Source: Rhynchopus sp. YZ270_cl-10
Lineage: Eukaryota
Assembly: GCA_964035575.1 (NCBI GenBank)
Contig: OZ037838.1
Span: forward strand, 1,674,001-1,738,000
Reading direction: 5' to 3'
DNA: 64,000 nt
In this document: in pieces, positions 24,225 to 35,286 of the stretch
Numbering within the stretch: the stretch's first letter is position 1
Layout: the number at the start of each line of letters is the position of its first letter
Notes under the pieces: model-generated
The model's database searches: none
What the model saw: only the letters and a program-made list of their open reading frames with translations
What the model was told of the DNA's origin: nothing
Made by a program: the position numbers and the translations under genes

Positions 24225-25313
24225 ATGATGGATGTGACCTTTGTGCTGGAAGAGTCAGGCGTGACTGCGACAGTGGAGGTGCCGTGCGAGGCGGACGTTG
24301 CAGCGGCAAAGGAGGTTGCGTGCACGGCGCTTGCTGTCTCGCCTGCGTCTGTCGAGATGCGCATCGGCACGCAGGTGCTGGAGGGGACGTGCCGTCTGCA
24401 GGACACTGCGTTTGGTGCAGGGGTGCAGGTTGTGCTTGCCCGCCCTCGCTTTGCCGACATCAAGTGTCCTGCTGAGTACACTGTACCACCGCATACGGAA
24501 CACTTGTCGCTGTCACGTTGTGGAACACTTTGCGTCCACAGAAAGAGTGGGTACGTTGGCGGCTTCGACACAGAAACCTTCGACACTGTCTTCTCATTTG
24601 AAGTGGAATTCAAAGTCTGCGGTCGGCTTGCCATCTCGCAGTGCAAGACACGCTGCTACCTGGCGTGTTGGCGGGACGGTCTTCTCGAGGTTGCACTTCC
24701 GGGTGGGGAGATGCTCCGCAAAGTCGACGGCCCTTCGTACGACGTGTTCGCGTGTGGCGGTGTTGTTGTCTCCCAAGGCGAAGACGGGGTCTCTGTGTAT
24801 GACGAAGACCTGACGTTGCTCCGCACTCTCTCACACGAAGGGTGCACCCAGTGGAGCGGGAGGGTAGCAGTATCGGAATGTGGTGGGTGGGTGATCACCT
24901 CCTCCTCCGGGAAGGAGAAGAACGCACGTCTGTGGGATGTGAACACAGGTGAAGCTGTGGCATGTGTGCCTGTGGCGGGGTGGTATGGAGTGGCGCTTTC
25001 ACGGTGTGCCTCTATCTTTGCTGTGGAGGGGAAAAACACCGTGCACCTCTATGACTGGAGTGGTGCGGCTCTTCGCAGTGTTGATGTGGATGGGGATGTC
25101 AGGGGCATGCAGTTCACCGCGTGTGGGAATTACCTTATGGTAAAGACTAGACATGTTCTGCAGCAGTGTGATGTGGCGACCATGTCCCGTGCGCATGTGA
25201 TATCGCAAAGCACGGGTGGGTCATTTGCGATATCGCCGTGTTCACGTGTTATTGTGGTTACGCAACCAGATAGCGTCATTGCGACGAGACATCTGTACCC
25301 ATACAATGAGTGA
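24225..25313 (+). CDS. Ubl-WD40 family protein
   Basis: Intact ORF, family motifs. Confidence 0.9.
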   Translation: MMDVTFVLEESGVTATVEVPCEADVAAAKEVACTALAVSPASVEMRIGTQVLEGTCRLQDTAFGAGVQVVLARPRFADIKCPAEYTVPPHTEHLSLSRCGTLCVHRKSGYVGGFDTETFDTVFSFEVEFKVCGRLAISQCKTRCYLACWRDGLLEVALPGGEMLRKVDGPSYDVFACGGVVVSQGEDGVSVYDEDLTLLRTLSHEGCTQWSGRVAVSECGGWVITSSSGKEKNARLWDVNTGEAVACVPVAGWYGVALSRCASIFAVEGKNTVHLYDWSGAALRSVDVDGDVRGMQFTACGNYLMVKTRHVLQQCDVATMSRAHVISQSTGGSFAISPCSRVIVVTQPDSVIATRHLYPYNE

Positions 25314-25953
25314 TGTGTGACCAGGGGAGGGGAGGGAGGGTGGTGATGAATATACCCCAGGGTACCAGCAAAACAACCCAAGACCCTCAAAACACCCCCA
25401 AGAAACCCCTTTTAGCTTTCCCCCCGAATGCGAAGAAGAATGCAAAGAAACCTCTTCGCACGCCGTCTATGTCTAGGGGGATCAGCCGCGGGTCCACCCA
25501 CGGTGTTCTGGTCACGCACCAAAGGGTACACTGCCAGGGCAAGGCATTGTGTCTCGAGTCACTTCTTTTTTGCACTTTCTCTTCTTTTCGACTGAGCTGG
25601 ACGTTATGCACAGATGCTGCAACTTTTCCAAACCTCAAAATATATGCGATGCTCTCGTGTGGGTGACAGATCGCGATGCTTAGCGTCAAAGATTTGCTTG
25701 ATTCGTTTTATATTACTAGTACACCGATTGTGCAAAAGATATACAGGTTCAAACTGCATTCATGTTCGTTGCTATTGTTTTGTGTCGACACCCTCATGAG
25801 ACCATTCAGACCCTCACTGTCCGTTCATATTATTCTCTACCTCAGAAATTACACGCCTCTCAAAACAGCGACCCCCATCCCTTGTCCCCTCTTTCCACGT
25901 GTCCACCCAACAGAACATTAAATTTGCAACACACCAACACAGCTCTTGAAACA

Positions 25954-27048
25954 ATGATGGATGTGACCTTTGTGCTGGAAGAGTCAGGCGTGACTGCGAC
26001 AGTGGAGGTGCCGTGCGAGGCGGACGTTGCAGCGGCAAAGGAGGTTGCGTGCACGGCGCTTGCTGTCTCGCCTGCGTCTGTCAAGATGCGCATCGGCACG
26101 CAGGTGCTGGAGGGGACGTGCCGTCTGCAGGACACTGCGTTTGATGCAGGGGTGCAGGTTGTGCTTGCCCGCCGCTTTGCCGACATCAAGTGTCCTGCTG
26201 AGTACAGTAACAGAGGGAACTTCTGTCAGTTGTCACTCTCGCGTTGTGGGTCGCTGTGTGTCTCTTGCGTGCGTGAGCATGTTCGTGGCTTCAACACAGA
26301 GACCTTCGAGACTGACTTCGAAATCACAACGAGCCAAAATGTGGTTGGTCCGCCTGCCATCTCGCAGTGCAAGACACGCTGCTACCTGGCGTATTGGGAT
26401 TACCTTCTCGAGGTTGCGCTTCCGGGTGGGGAGGTGCTCCGCAAAGTCGACGGCACCTCGCAGTCAGTGTTCGCGTCTGGTGGTGTTGTTGTCTCGCAGG
26501 GCACAGACGGCGTCTCTGTGTATGATGAAGACCTGACGTTTCTCCGCACTCTCTCACACAAAGGGTGCACTGGCATTGCAGTGTCTGACTGTGGTGGGTG
26601 GGTGATCACCTCCTCCAGGAAGGAGAAGAACGTGCGTCTGTGGGATGTGAACACAGGTGAAGCTGTGGCATGTGTGCCTGTGGATGGGTGCTGTGTTGCG
26701 CTTTCACGATCTGCCTCTGTCTTTGCTGTGGTGTGCTCTGACGAAGTGCAGCTCTATGACTGGAGTGGTGCGGCTCTTGGCAGCTTTGAAGAGGAGCAGT
26801 ATGCAATCGTTGGCATGCTGTTCACTCCGTGTGGGAAGTACCTTGTGGCTGAGTTTGAGGTTGAGGATGATTCTTATTTAGGCTACAATGCTGAACTGCG
26901 GCAGTATGATGTGGCGACCATGTCCTGTGTGCGTGTGATACAAGACGTATGCGGATTTTCGTTTGCGATATCGCCGTGTTCACGTGTGGTCATATGTGAA
27001 TCAACAGAAGATGAAACGCTTATCACAAGACATCTGTACCCCTACTGA
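25954..27048 (+). CDS. Ubl-WD40 family protein
   Basis: Intact ORF; close paralog of 29105-30199. Confidence 0.9.
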   Translation: MMDVTFVLEESGVTATVEVPCEADVAAAKEVACTALAVSPASVKMRIGTQVLEGTCRLQDTAFDAGVQVVLARRFADIKCPAEYSNRGNFCQLSLSRCGSLCVSCVREHVRGFNTETFETDFEITTSQNVVGPPAISQCKTRCYLAYWDYLLEVALPGGEVLRKVDGTSQSVFASGGVVVSQGTDGVSVYDEDLTFLRTLSHKGCTGIAVSDCGGWVITSSRKEKNVRLWDVNTGEAVACVPVDGCCVALSRSASVFAVVCSDEVQLYDWSGAALGSFEEEQYAIVGMLFTPCGKYLVAEFEVEDDSYLGYNAELRQYDVATMSCVRVIQDVCGFSFAISPCSRVVICESTEDETLITRHLYPY

Positions 27049-27344
27049 GCGATGCAGTCCACCCTGTGTGGGAAGTACCTCGTCGCTGTCGCTGAGTACT
27101 GCGGGGTGTTGCTATCGTGCGTTGCATCAGTATTTGCGTTGCACCCTCGACCTACTAGCCTGTGAGGGAATTCATTTTGAGATATTTTGAGGATAACGAC
27201 CACACCACCCTTTACCTCTCTTTTTCACTTTTGCTTTGTTAAAACCCTCTTCTGTTGGTGGAAACGACAGACGCAATGGAGCCATCACAAACACACAAAA
27301 CAAAACAACCCACACCTCATCACTCAGCATAAGAAGGCAAAACA

Positions 27345-28480
27345 ATGGATGTGACCTTTGTGCTGGAAGAGTCAGGCGTGACTGCGACAGTGGAGGTGCC
27401 GTGCGAGGCGGACGTTGCAGCGGCAAAGGAGGTTGCGTGCACGGCGCTTTCTGTCTCGCCTGCGTCTGTCGAGATGCGCATCGGCATGCAGGTGCTGGAG
27501 GGGACGTGCCGTCTGCAGGACACTGCGTTTGATGCAGGGGTGCAGGTTGTGCTTGCCCGCCGCTTTGCCGACATCAAGTGTCCTGCTGAGTACACTGTAC
27601 CACAGGATACGGGAGATTTGTCGTTGTCGTGTTGTGAAACGCTCTGCATCTATAGTACGCACGGGAGTGGGCTTGTTGAAGGCTTCGACACAGAAACTTT
27701 CGACACTGTCTTCTCATTTGATGTGGACAATGATGTGTACGGTCCGCCTGCCATCTCGCAGTGCAAGACACGCTGCTACCTGGCGTGTATGGAAGGCCTT
27801 CTCGAAGTTGCGCTTCCGGGTGGGGAGGTGGTCCGAAAAGTCGAGGACCACTCGGACTCGGTGTCTGCGGGTGGCGGTGTTGTTGTCTCGAAGGACACAG
27901 ACGCAGTCTGTGTGTATGACGAAGACCTGACGTTGCTCCGCTGTCTCTCGCACGAAGGGTGTGAGCACATGGTAGTTTCTGACTGTGGTGGGTCGGTGAT
28001 CACCTCCTCCAACCACGAGAAGAAGGCACGTCTGTGGGATGTGAACACAGGTGAAGCTGTTGCATGTGTGCCTACGGGTGGCGGTACGAAGGAGTGGCGC
28101 TTTCACGATCTGCCTCTGTCTTTGCTGTGGCAGGCCCTGCGACCGTGCACCTCTATGACTGGAGTGGTGCGACTCTTCACAGTGTTGCTGAGGATGGGGA
28201 TGTCTTAGGCATGCAGTTCACCACGTGTGGGAAGTACCTTGTGGTGGGGATACGTGTTGCGGAATCTGATATTGATGAGACAGAATGGCCTGGTTACGAA
28301 GTTCACCTGCACCAGTATGATGTGGCGACCATGTCCTGTGTGCGTGTGATGCCGCAAAGCTCATGCCCCTACTCCGTCTCCTTTGCGATATCGCCGTGTT
28401 CACGTGTTGTTGTGGTTACGCAACCAGATGGCGTCATTGCGACAAGACAGCTGCACCACACACCAGTGAGTGATGTGTGA
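27345..28480 (+). pseudogene. Ubl-WD40 family member, frameshifted
   Basis: Frame changes in the variable loop after ACVP (~28073-28092); ORFs 27345-28208 and 28064-28480 together give a full copy. Confidence 0.75.
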
Positions 28481-29104
28481 CCAGGCAGGGAAGGTGATGA
28501 ATATACCCCAGGGACCCAGCAAAACAACCCAAGACCCTCAAAACACCCCCAAGAAACCCCTTTTAGCTTTCCCCCCGAATGCGAAGAAGAATGCAAAGAA
28601 ACCTCTTCGCATGCCGTCTATGTCTAGGGGGATCAGCCGCGGGTCCACCCACGGTGTTCTGGTCACGCACCAAAGGGTACACTGCCAGGGCAAGGCATTG
28701 TGTCTCGAGTCACTTCTTTTTTGCACTTTCTCTTCTTTTCTCCGGAGCTGGACAGACGCTGCAACTTGCCAAACCTCAAACCTCACACGCTGCCTATGCG
28801 GTGCTCTCGTGTGAGTGACAGATCGCGATGCTTATCGTCAAATCTTTGCGTGATTCGTTTTGTATTACTAGTATAACAATTGTGCAAAAGATGTGCAGGT
28901 TCAAACTGCATTCATGTTTGTTGCTATTGTTTTGTGTCGACACCCTCATGAGACCACTCAGACCCTCGCTGTCCGTTCATATTATTCTCTACCTCAGAAA
29001 TTACACCTCACTCAAAACAGCCACCCCCATCCCTCGTCCCCTCTTTCCACGTGTCCACCCTACAGAACATTAATTTGCAGCACACCAACACAGCTCTTGA
29101 AACA

Positions 29105-30199
29105 ATGATGGATGTGACCTTTGTGCTGGAAGAGTCAGGCGTGACTGCGACAGTGGAGGTGCCGTGCGAGGCGGACGTTGCAGCGGCAAAGGAGGTTGCG
29201 TGCACGGCGCTTGCTGTCTCGCCTGCGTCTGTCGAGATGCGCATCGGCACGCAGGTGCTGGAGGGGACGTGCCGTCTGCAGGACACTGCGTTTGATGCAG
29301 GGGTGCAGGTTGTGCTTGCCCGCTGCTGTGCCGACATCAAGTGTCCTGCTGAGTACAGTAACAGAGGGGACATCTGTCAGTTGTCACTCTCGCGTTGTGG
29401 GTCGCTGTGTGTCTCTTGCGTGCGTGAGCATGTTCGTGGCTTCAACACAGAAACCTTCGAGACTGACTTCGAATTCACAATGCACGCAAATGTGGTTGCT
29501 CCGGCTGCCATCTCGCAGTGCAAGACACGCTGCTACCTGGCGTTTTGGGATTGCCTTCTCGAGGTTGCACTTCCGGGTGGGGAGGTGCTCCGCAATGTTG
29601 ACGGCTCCTTGCAGTCAGTTTTCGCGTGTGGTGGTGTTGTTGTCTCGCAAGGCAAAGACGGCGTCTCTGTGTATGACGAAGACCTGACGTTGCTCCGCAC
29701 TCTCTTGCATGAGGGGTGCAAAGACATGGCAGTGTCTGACTGTGGTGGGTGGGTGATCACCTCTTCCAGGAAGGAGAAGAACGCACGTCTGTGGGATGTG
29801 AACACAGGTGAAGCTGTGGCATGTGTGCCTGCGGATGCGAGACACGTGGCGCTTTCACGATGTGCCTCTGTCTTTGCTGTGGTGTGCCCTGACAAAGTGC
29901 AGCTCTATGACTGGAGTGGTGCGGCTCTTCGCAGCTTTGAAGAGGAGCAGTATGCAATCGTTGGCATGCTGTTCACTCCGTGTGGGAAGTACCTTGTGGC
30001 TGAGTTTGAGGATGAGGATGATTCTATTTCAGCCTATCATGCTGAACTGCGGCAGTATGATGTGGCGACCATGTCCTGTGTGCGTGTGATACAAGACGTA
30101 TGCGGCTGTTCATTTGCGATATCGCCGTGTTCACGTGTGGTCATATGTGAATCAACACAATGCGAAACCCTTATCACAAGACATCTGTACCCCTACTGA
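29105..30199 (+). CDS. Ubl-WD40 family protein
   Basis: Intact ORF, family motifs. Confidence 0.9.
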   Translation: MMDVTFVLEESGVTATVEVPCEADVAAAKEVACTALAVSPASVEMRIGTQVLEGTCRLQDTAFDAGVQVVLARCCADIKCPAEYSNRGDICQLSLSRCGSLCVSCVREHVRGFNTETFETDFEFTMHANVVAPAAISQCKTRCYLAFWDCLLEVALPGGEVLRNVDGSLQSVFACGGVVVSQGKDGVSVYDEDLTLLRTLLHEGCKDMAVSDCGGWVITSSRKEKNARLWDVNTGEAVACVPADARHVALSRCASVFAVVCPDKVQLYDWSGAALRSFEEEQYAIVGMLFTPCGKYLVAEFEDEDDSISAYHAELRQYDVATMSCVRVIQDVCGCSFAISPCSRVVICESTQCETLITRHLYPY

Positions 30200-30601
30200 G
30201 TGATGCAGTCCACTCTGTGTGGGAAGTACCTCCTCTTTTTTACCCCACTAACCCTGCTATCCTCTCCAGGCAGGTATTTCTTTGATTGCAATGCTAAAAG
30301 GAAATTGAGCTACGCACTTCCTTTTTTCTATTCTGGGGCGGGTTGGAGTAGGGCCCCACTTCACCGAGAGGTCGACAGGTGTGTGCGTTTCACCACAACC
30401 TCTCCCTTTTGTCTTTATTGTTTTTATTGTTTCATCGTTTGCGGGGGTAGGGAAACAACAAAAAGGAAAAGTGGGAGTGTTTCAATTCGCAATAATTACC
30501 TTTTAAAGCGCTGATTTATTTAAATTTCCCCACCCATCCACCCATCCACCTAGACACCTAGCCACAGACAAAACAAAAAAAAAAAAACAAGATCAAAAAC
30601 A

Positions 30602-33235
30602 ATGGCCTCCCTTGCCACAAAAGAGAAGCTTCTCGATGCTGGGCACAGTCTCTTCTCTTTGCTTCCCACCGACAAATCTGCGGCCACTGAGTTTGTCCGC
30701 AGCGGCAAGCTTGCGCTGGATGTTGCCAAGGTCGCCGCTTCTTTACAGACCTTGGGCCTGGGCGCTCTGCACCACACAGAATATGGTGATACCTTTGTGC
30801 ACAACATCTTTTCTGGGTTCAGGTCTGTCAAGGACAGATACAAAGACGACGTTGCGCGCGATGTGCTCAAGGTTGTCATGGAGTTTGAAGCATCTGCCAC
30901 CTCCTCCTCCTCCTCCACGCATTCGGCTGTACTCCTCTTGAAGAACTCAGACGGCCGCACCCCCCTCTTTGTTGCAGCAGGCAATGCAGATGTGTCTCTC
31001 GAAACTATTGAACTGCTATTAGAATACCAACCGCTTGCAGTCTCGGTTCGCGACAACAATATCCGTCTGGATACAAAGCTTTCGACCGTCTCAGAGACCC
31101 ACGCTGGGTTATACCCTATTCACGCTGCGCTAAAGAGAAGCCAGAATAAGGAGATACCTGCAGATCCTATCGTCGATCTGCTTCTCCTTTCCCATCCCGA
31201 TCCGGAATGCGCTGTGGTACGCCGGGTGGACGACGATGCAGGGTACCGTGCGGCGCGTCCACCGAGGGATGTGTTTCGGTGCACTCTCTTTCAGTCCTTA
31301 TTTTGCCTCGATGAAACCGATAAATGGCGGTACGGAACGGAGGGGCCACTGGAGCGCTTTCTTGAGAGGGTGTCAGCGCTGTACAACGTAGGGTTGGTGA
31401 GGAGTGAAGGCGAAATGCGCTGCATCATAAGAGAAAAGGTGGCAGAGGAGTACAAGGCGTCGAGAATTCCGTTTAAATGGTTCCGCAGCTTTGCTGAAGT
31501 GCAGATTCCTGAGTTTGAGCCAAAAATGAGTGTCGGTGAGAAGGGCGGAGGTGCCCAGCTTTTGAGTTGGCCAGACCTGACGTGTCTTGAGGATTCTGAG
31601 GTAGCGCGTTGTGTTGGGCCGACCGCGATGCACGCTTTGCTGTCTCACATTCCTTCGGAGAGTGTGCACAATCTACGCGATATTGTGGCGAAGCTGCTCA
31701 AATTTGAGGAATTTGAGCAAAATCTTGTTGTAAAAGATGCGGCTGGACAGCTTCCATTGGACATTCTTGCGGACCGTGCAGAAGACCTTGCAACATCTGA
31801 TTACAAGAAGGAGTGTCTTGCTGGTGCAGCCTCTCTCATCTTGCATCATATGCCAGAGAAATGGTTGGAAGGGATTTCTGCAGAGCAGACCAGCATTTTG
31901 AAGGGCTTGCTGCGCAAGAACGACGAAGCGATGGCAAAACTATGCTCAAGTGTTCAGGGGAGGTACAACGTGGTGAACAGACTGTGGCGTCCGAAATCTG
32001 CGTTTGGCGAGAAGTTGGAGGGGGTGTTGGCGGTGGGGGCGTTAGCGTTGGTTATCGGTGTGTTGTATGGTGGGGCGACTGTGGTGCAATACGCGGTGTC
32101 GCTGTTGGGGAGAATCGTTACCTTGGCAACATCGTCGGAATCTAGCTTTGACGCAAATATGTATTCTGGAGGTTTTTTCTTGGCTTCAGTCGGCTTCGCA
32201 GCGCTTCTCCGCTACCTATACCCCAAAGAGCGTGCCTCCCGTCACGCAGACGCACTTCGCGACACCTCAAGACAGGCTATGGTGGCTTCTCTCCCTTTCA
32301 TCAACGATCCTGCCGTTCTTTCTTATACTGATGCTGATGTATGGAAAAATACATCGGACCCTTTGTACGTCAGCTTGAGGACCAAAGAAGCTGAGCGGAA
32401 GGAACGGAAAGCGGCGCGCAAGGAGAACGGCGAGGAAGAGGAGGAAGAGGAGGAGAAGGAGAGAGAGCTGACGCTCCGTGCCGGCGCGTTAACGCCGTTT
32501 CCGGGGACGAAGGTGTTGGTGAGTCCTGTGACGCAGACGCCGTGTCTGGCATACGCGGTGTACCTGAGTGCCACGTATGAGGAGAAGAACCATGAAGGCA
32601 AATGGGTGCGCAGAAGCTCCTCTGTCGCAGACACCTTCAAGCAGGTGCCCCTGACGGTGCAGGGCGTGTTGCTGGAAGGTCGCATTTCTCTGGACGGCTG
32701 TCTCACGCACCGTGCTGACGCGGACCCCGAAACGCTAGACCCACAAGACTGGTACGTCTCAGTCACGGATACACACGAAAGCACGTACGACTGCTTCAAA
32801 TCGATTGCGTTGGCACCATGGACCAATTCGATGAGCTGTCTGCAGAGCAGCAGCTTCAAAAAAGTGTTCCCAAAGAACTCTAGGGCGCATTCTGCTCAGG
32901 TGCGTGAGTTTTGTTTGAAGCCGGAAGCACGGTGCGCGATTCTTGGGTTTGCAGAGTGGAACGGACGCTGGAATTGTCCTGAAGTAAGCCTGAAGATGTA
33001 CAAAGATGAGAAGAAGTGGGGCCGTGTATCGATTCGCACAGAGCAGAGCAAGGAGGAGGATGGGGAAACGACGACGACGTCTGACTCTACTGCAGTGGCG
33101 CAGATCCGTGCCCATTATGCAAAACTCAAGAAGTCTGCTGACCGCATGGTAGCAGCCGTCCCGTACATGGGTGCTGCAGGTGCTGCGGTTTCCCTCGGAT
33201 TCCTCGTATTGTCCTTCAAACATTCTTTTGAGTGA
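30602..33235 (+). CDS. Ankyrin-repeat membrane protein with GIDE/BAM-like (MUL1-type) domain between transmembrane segments
   Basis: Ankyrin-like GDTFVH, GRTPLFVAA, GLYPIHAAL, GPTAMHALL, GQLPLDILA; hydrophobic VLAVGALALVIGVLYGG and GGFFLASVGFAALL; LVSPVTQTPCLAY...W...QVPLTV...REFCLKPEARCAILG; C-terminal hydrophobic segment. Confidence 0.7.
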   Translation: MASLATKEKLLDAGHSLFSLLPTDKSAATEFVRSGKLALDVAKVAASLQTLGLGALHHTEYGDTFVHNIFSGFRSVKDRYKDDVARDVLKVVMEFEASATSSSSSTHSAVLLLKNSDGRTPLFVAAGNADVSLETIELLLEYQPLAVSVRDNNIRLDTKLSTVSETHAGLYPIHAALKRSQNKEIPADPIVDLLLLSHPDPECAVVRRVDDDAGYRAARPPRDVFRCTLFQSLFCLDETDKWRYGTEGPLERFLERVSALYNVGLVRSEGEMRCIIREKVAEEYKASRIPFKWFRSFAEVQIPEFEPKMSVGEKGGGAQLLSWPDLTCLEDSEVARCVGPTAMHALLSHIPSESVHNLRDIVAKLLKFEEFEQNLVVKDAAGQLPLDILADRAEDLATSDYKKECLAGAASLILHHMPEKWLEGISAEQTSILKGLLRKNDEAMAKLCSSVQGRYNVVNRLWRPKSAFGEKLEGVLAVGALALVIGVLYGGATVVQYAVSLLGRIVTLATSSESSFDANMYSGGFFLASVGFAALLRYLYPKERASRHADALRDTSRQAMVASLPFINDPAVLSYTDADVWKNTSDPLYVSLRTKEAERKERKAARKENGEEEEEEEEKERELTLRAGALTPFPGTKVLVSPVTQTPCLAYAVYLSATYEEKNHEGKWVRRSSSVADTFKQVPLTVQGVLLEGRISLDGCLTHRADADPETLDPQDWYVSVTDTHESTYDCFKSIALAPWTNSMSCLQSSSFKKVFPKNSRAHSAQVREFCLKPEARCAILGFAEWNGRWNCPEVSLKMYKDEKKWGRVSIRTEQSKEEDGETTTTSDSTAVAQIRAHYAKLKKSADRMVAAVPYMGAAGAAVSLGFLVLSFKHSFE

Positions 33236-33418
33236 AGATTTTTAGTTTTTAGTAGGCTGTGTTGCCCACAAGAAATGTGAAGGGGGGGGTGTGTAACACC
33301 TCAAGAAAAAATATGTGGTTTTAAACTTTTTGTAGCTTGGTGTTTTGTATTGGGTAATCCAAAGAGTGCGAGAGTAGTTTACGTTTTGTCTTTTTTTTTA
33401 CGGATGGTTTTTCCTGTT

Positions 33419-33702
33419 TAAAGGGGGGTGGGGGATAAAACAATTATCCCCCGTTTTTTCTCCCCCATTTTATTTTTATTTTATCCCCCACTACAGTTAT
33501 CCCCCATTTCCCACACCGCGTTTTTGGTGTGGATTTTCCTTGGGGATGGGGATATTCAGGTGGGAAAAGAGAGAGATATATTTTTTTTATCCCCCACTAC
33601 AACTATCCCCCATTTTTTGAGAAGAAAAAACTGGCGATATTTTTTATTTTATCCGCCATTCTACAGTTATCCCCCACTACAATTATCCCTCCCCCCCCTT
33701 TA
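33419..33702. mobile_element. Small MITE-like element with TTATCCCC internal repeats
   Basis: Imperfect TIR taaagggggg(t)gggggataa / ttatccctcccccccttta; repeated ttatcccc(c)actaca units. Confidence 0.55.
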
Positions 33703-35286
33703 GGTCCTAACAGGAAACTGGAGAGTAGCTTTTTGGGTGGGTATGGGTGACCGTATGTATGGGTAGGGGTTTTCAAAAGGAAAATGCCCCAGATTCGTTT
33801 TTTTGGTTTTTGTTTTGTTTTTTTTTGAAGATAATGTGTAATGGTGTTCGACACCCCAAAGCGGAAATCCGGTGTACGACTGCGTCCACAGTGGCGTTTT
33901 TGCACTTCCAACTTTCATTTAGGGTGTGACCGAGAGGTACGTTCATCGCTGAAAACAAACAATTTTTTTTCAACTTCTATTTCCTACACTGTCACGAGAG
34001 GGCTTTGTGTTTCAGCCATTTTTTTTAAAAACTGCAAACTCTCTTTTGTGACAGTGCGTACAACTAAAATATTGTCTTCCTTTTTTTCGTTTCTTGTTTT
34101 CCTGTGTGAGTGAAGATAGCTATTGACACCGTAGTATCTTTCTTTTTTGACTAAAAGCGCGAGAACACTTTATTTCACCAACTTTTTTATCCCCCCTTTT
34201 TTTTGTGCCAGTGTCTAGCCTTCTGGTCCCAACAATACAGAGTTTACTTGAGTCATGGTTCTCAGCGTGCGTGCATTGTGTGCTGCAATAATCACTTAAC
34301 ATATGAGGAATGGAAAAGAGGTGCGTGTGGGAAAAATAAAGCTGTTGAATATTTCATTCTATCCAACCTTCCCCAACACGTTCCTTTCAAATTTTTGTTT
34401 CCCCCAAAATGATTCATTTCAATATGGGAGGGCCGTCTGTTAGCTAATATGGTTCCGGATATCAGGAAATTTCCGGAAATTTAAATTTAGCTAACAACCG
34501 TGGAGAGTGTATTCCCATTTATTTCATTCTTGTTAAGTGTGCCGCCTTATAGCACACAACTAAGTCACGCAGCAGCCTGGAATAGCCACAGATTAAGTAA
34601 CCCCTCAGCTCGAGTGTTCCCATTTTCCTCCCACAGCCCCGTTCTCCTTTTTATTGTTTTCTTTCTTTTCTCTCTTTTTTTCTCTTCAGTTTTAATAGGG
34701 TTTTCTCCAGGAATCGCTATTTTTATTGGGGGTATCGTCAAAAAAGGTCAAAAAAATAATTCCGCGCTCCGCGCGAAAAAGTATTGCCTCTTCATCGTTA
34801 AAGATGTATATGCACAAGAGGCACATTCATCTTACAAGTTTGCTTTTGTACTTGAGTATGCAATACGTCTGTTGGAAAATTAAAGACGCGCTCTTCGGTT
34901 GCCATGTCTTACCGTTTTCCCCCTTCCTTTTGTGCTCATCCTCTCCCCCGTACTTCAGGACGCGGTTTTTTTGGGGCTTTTGGGGTTTGTATATAATACC
35001 CCGTCTTTTGTTTAGTTGGTACGCTACCCACGTCTTACGCACTATTATTTTATTTGGCCGTTAAAAAAAAGGGAGAAAGGGGTCGTAGCACGTTTCAGCT
35101 GCTCTTTGTTTTCGATGCAGCCTCATCTAATACTACCACACACAACGTGATTTTCCGAAACCAAACCGAACCCCCCCCCCCTCCACCCTCTCCTTCTTCC
35201 ACAAGCCACATCTCTCCACCCCACCCCTCTACCTCAGGCGACATATCCACACCACCTTTTCCCCGCATTTCCTTTCTTTTTCCCTT

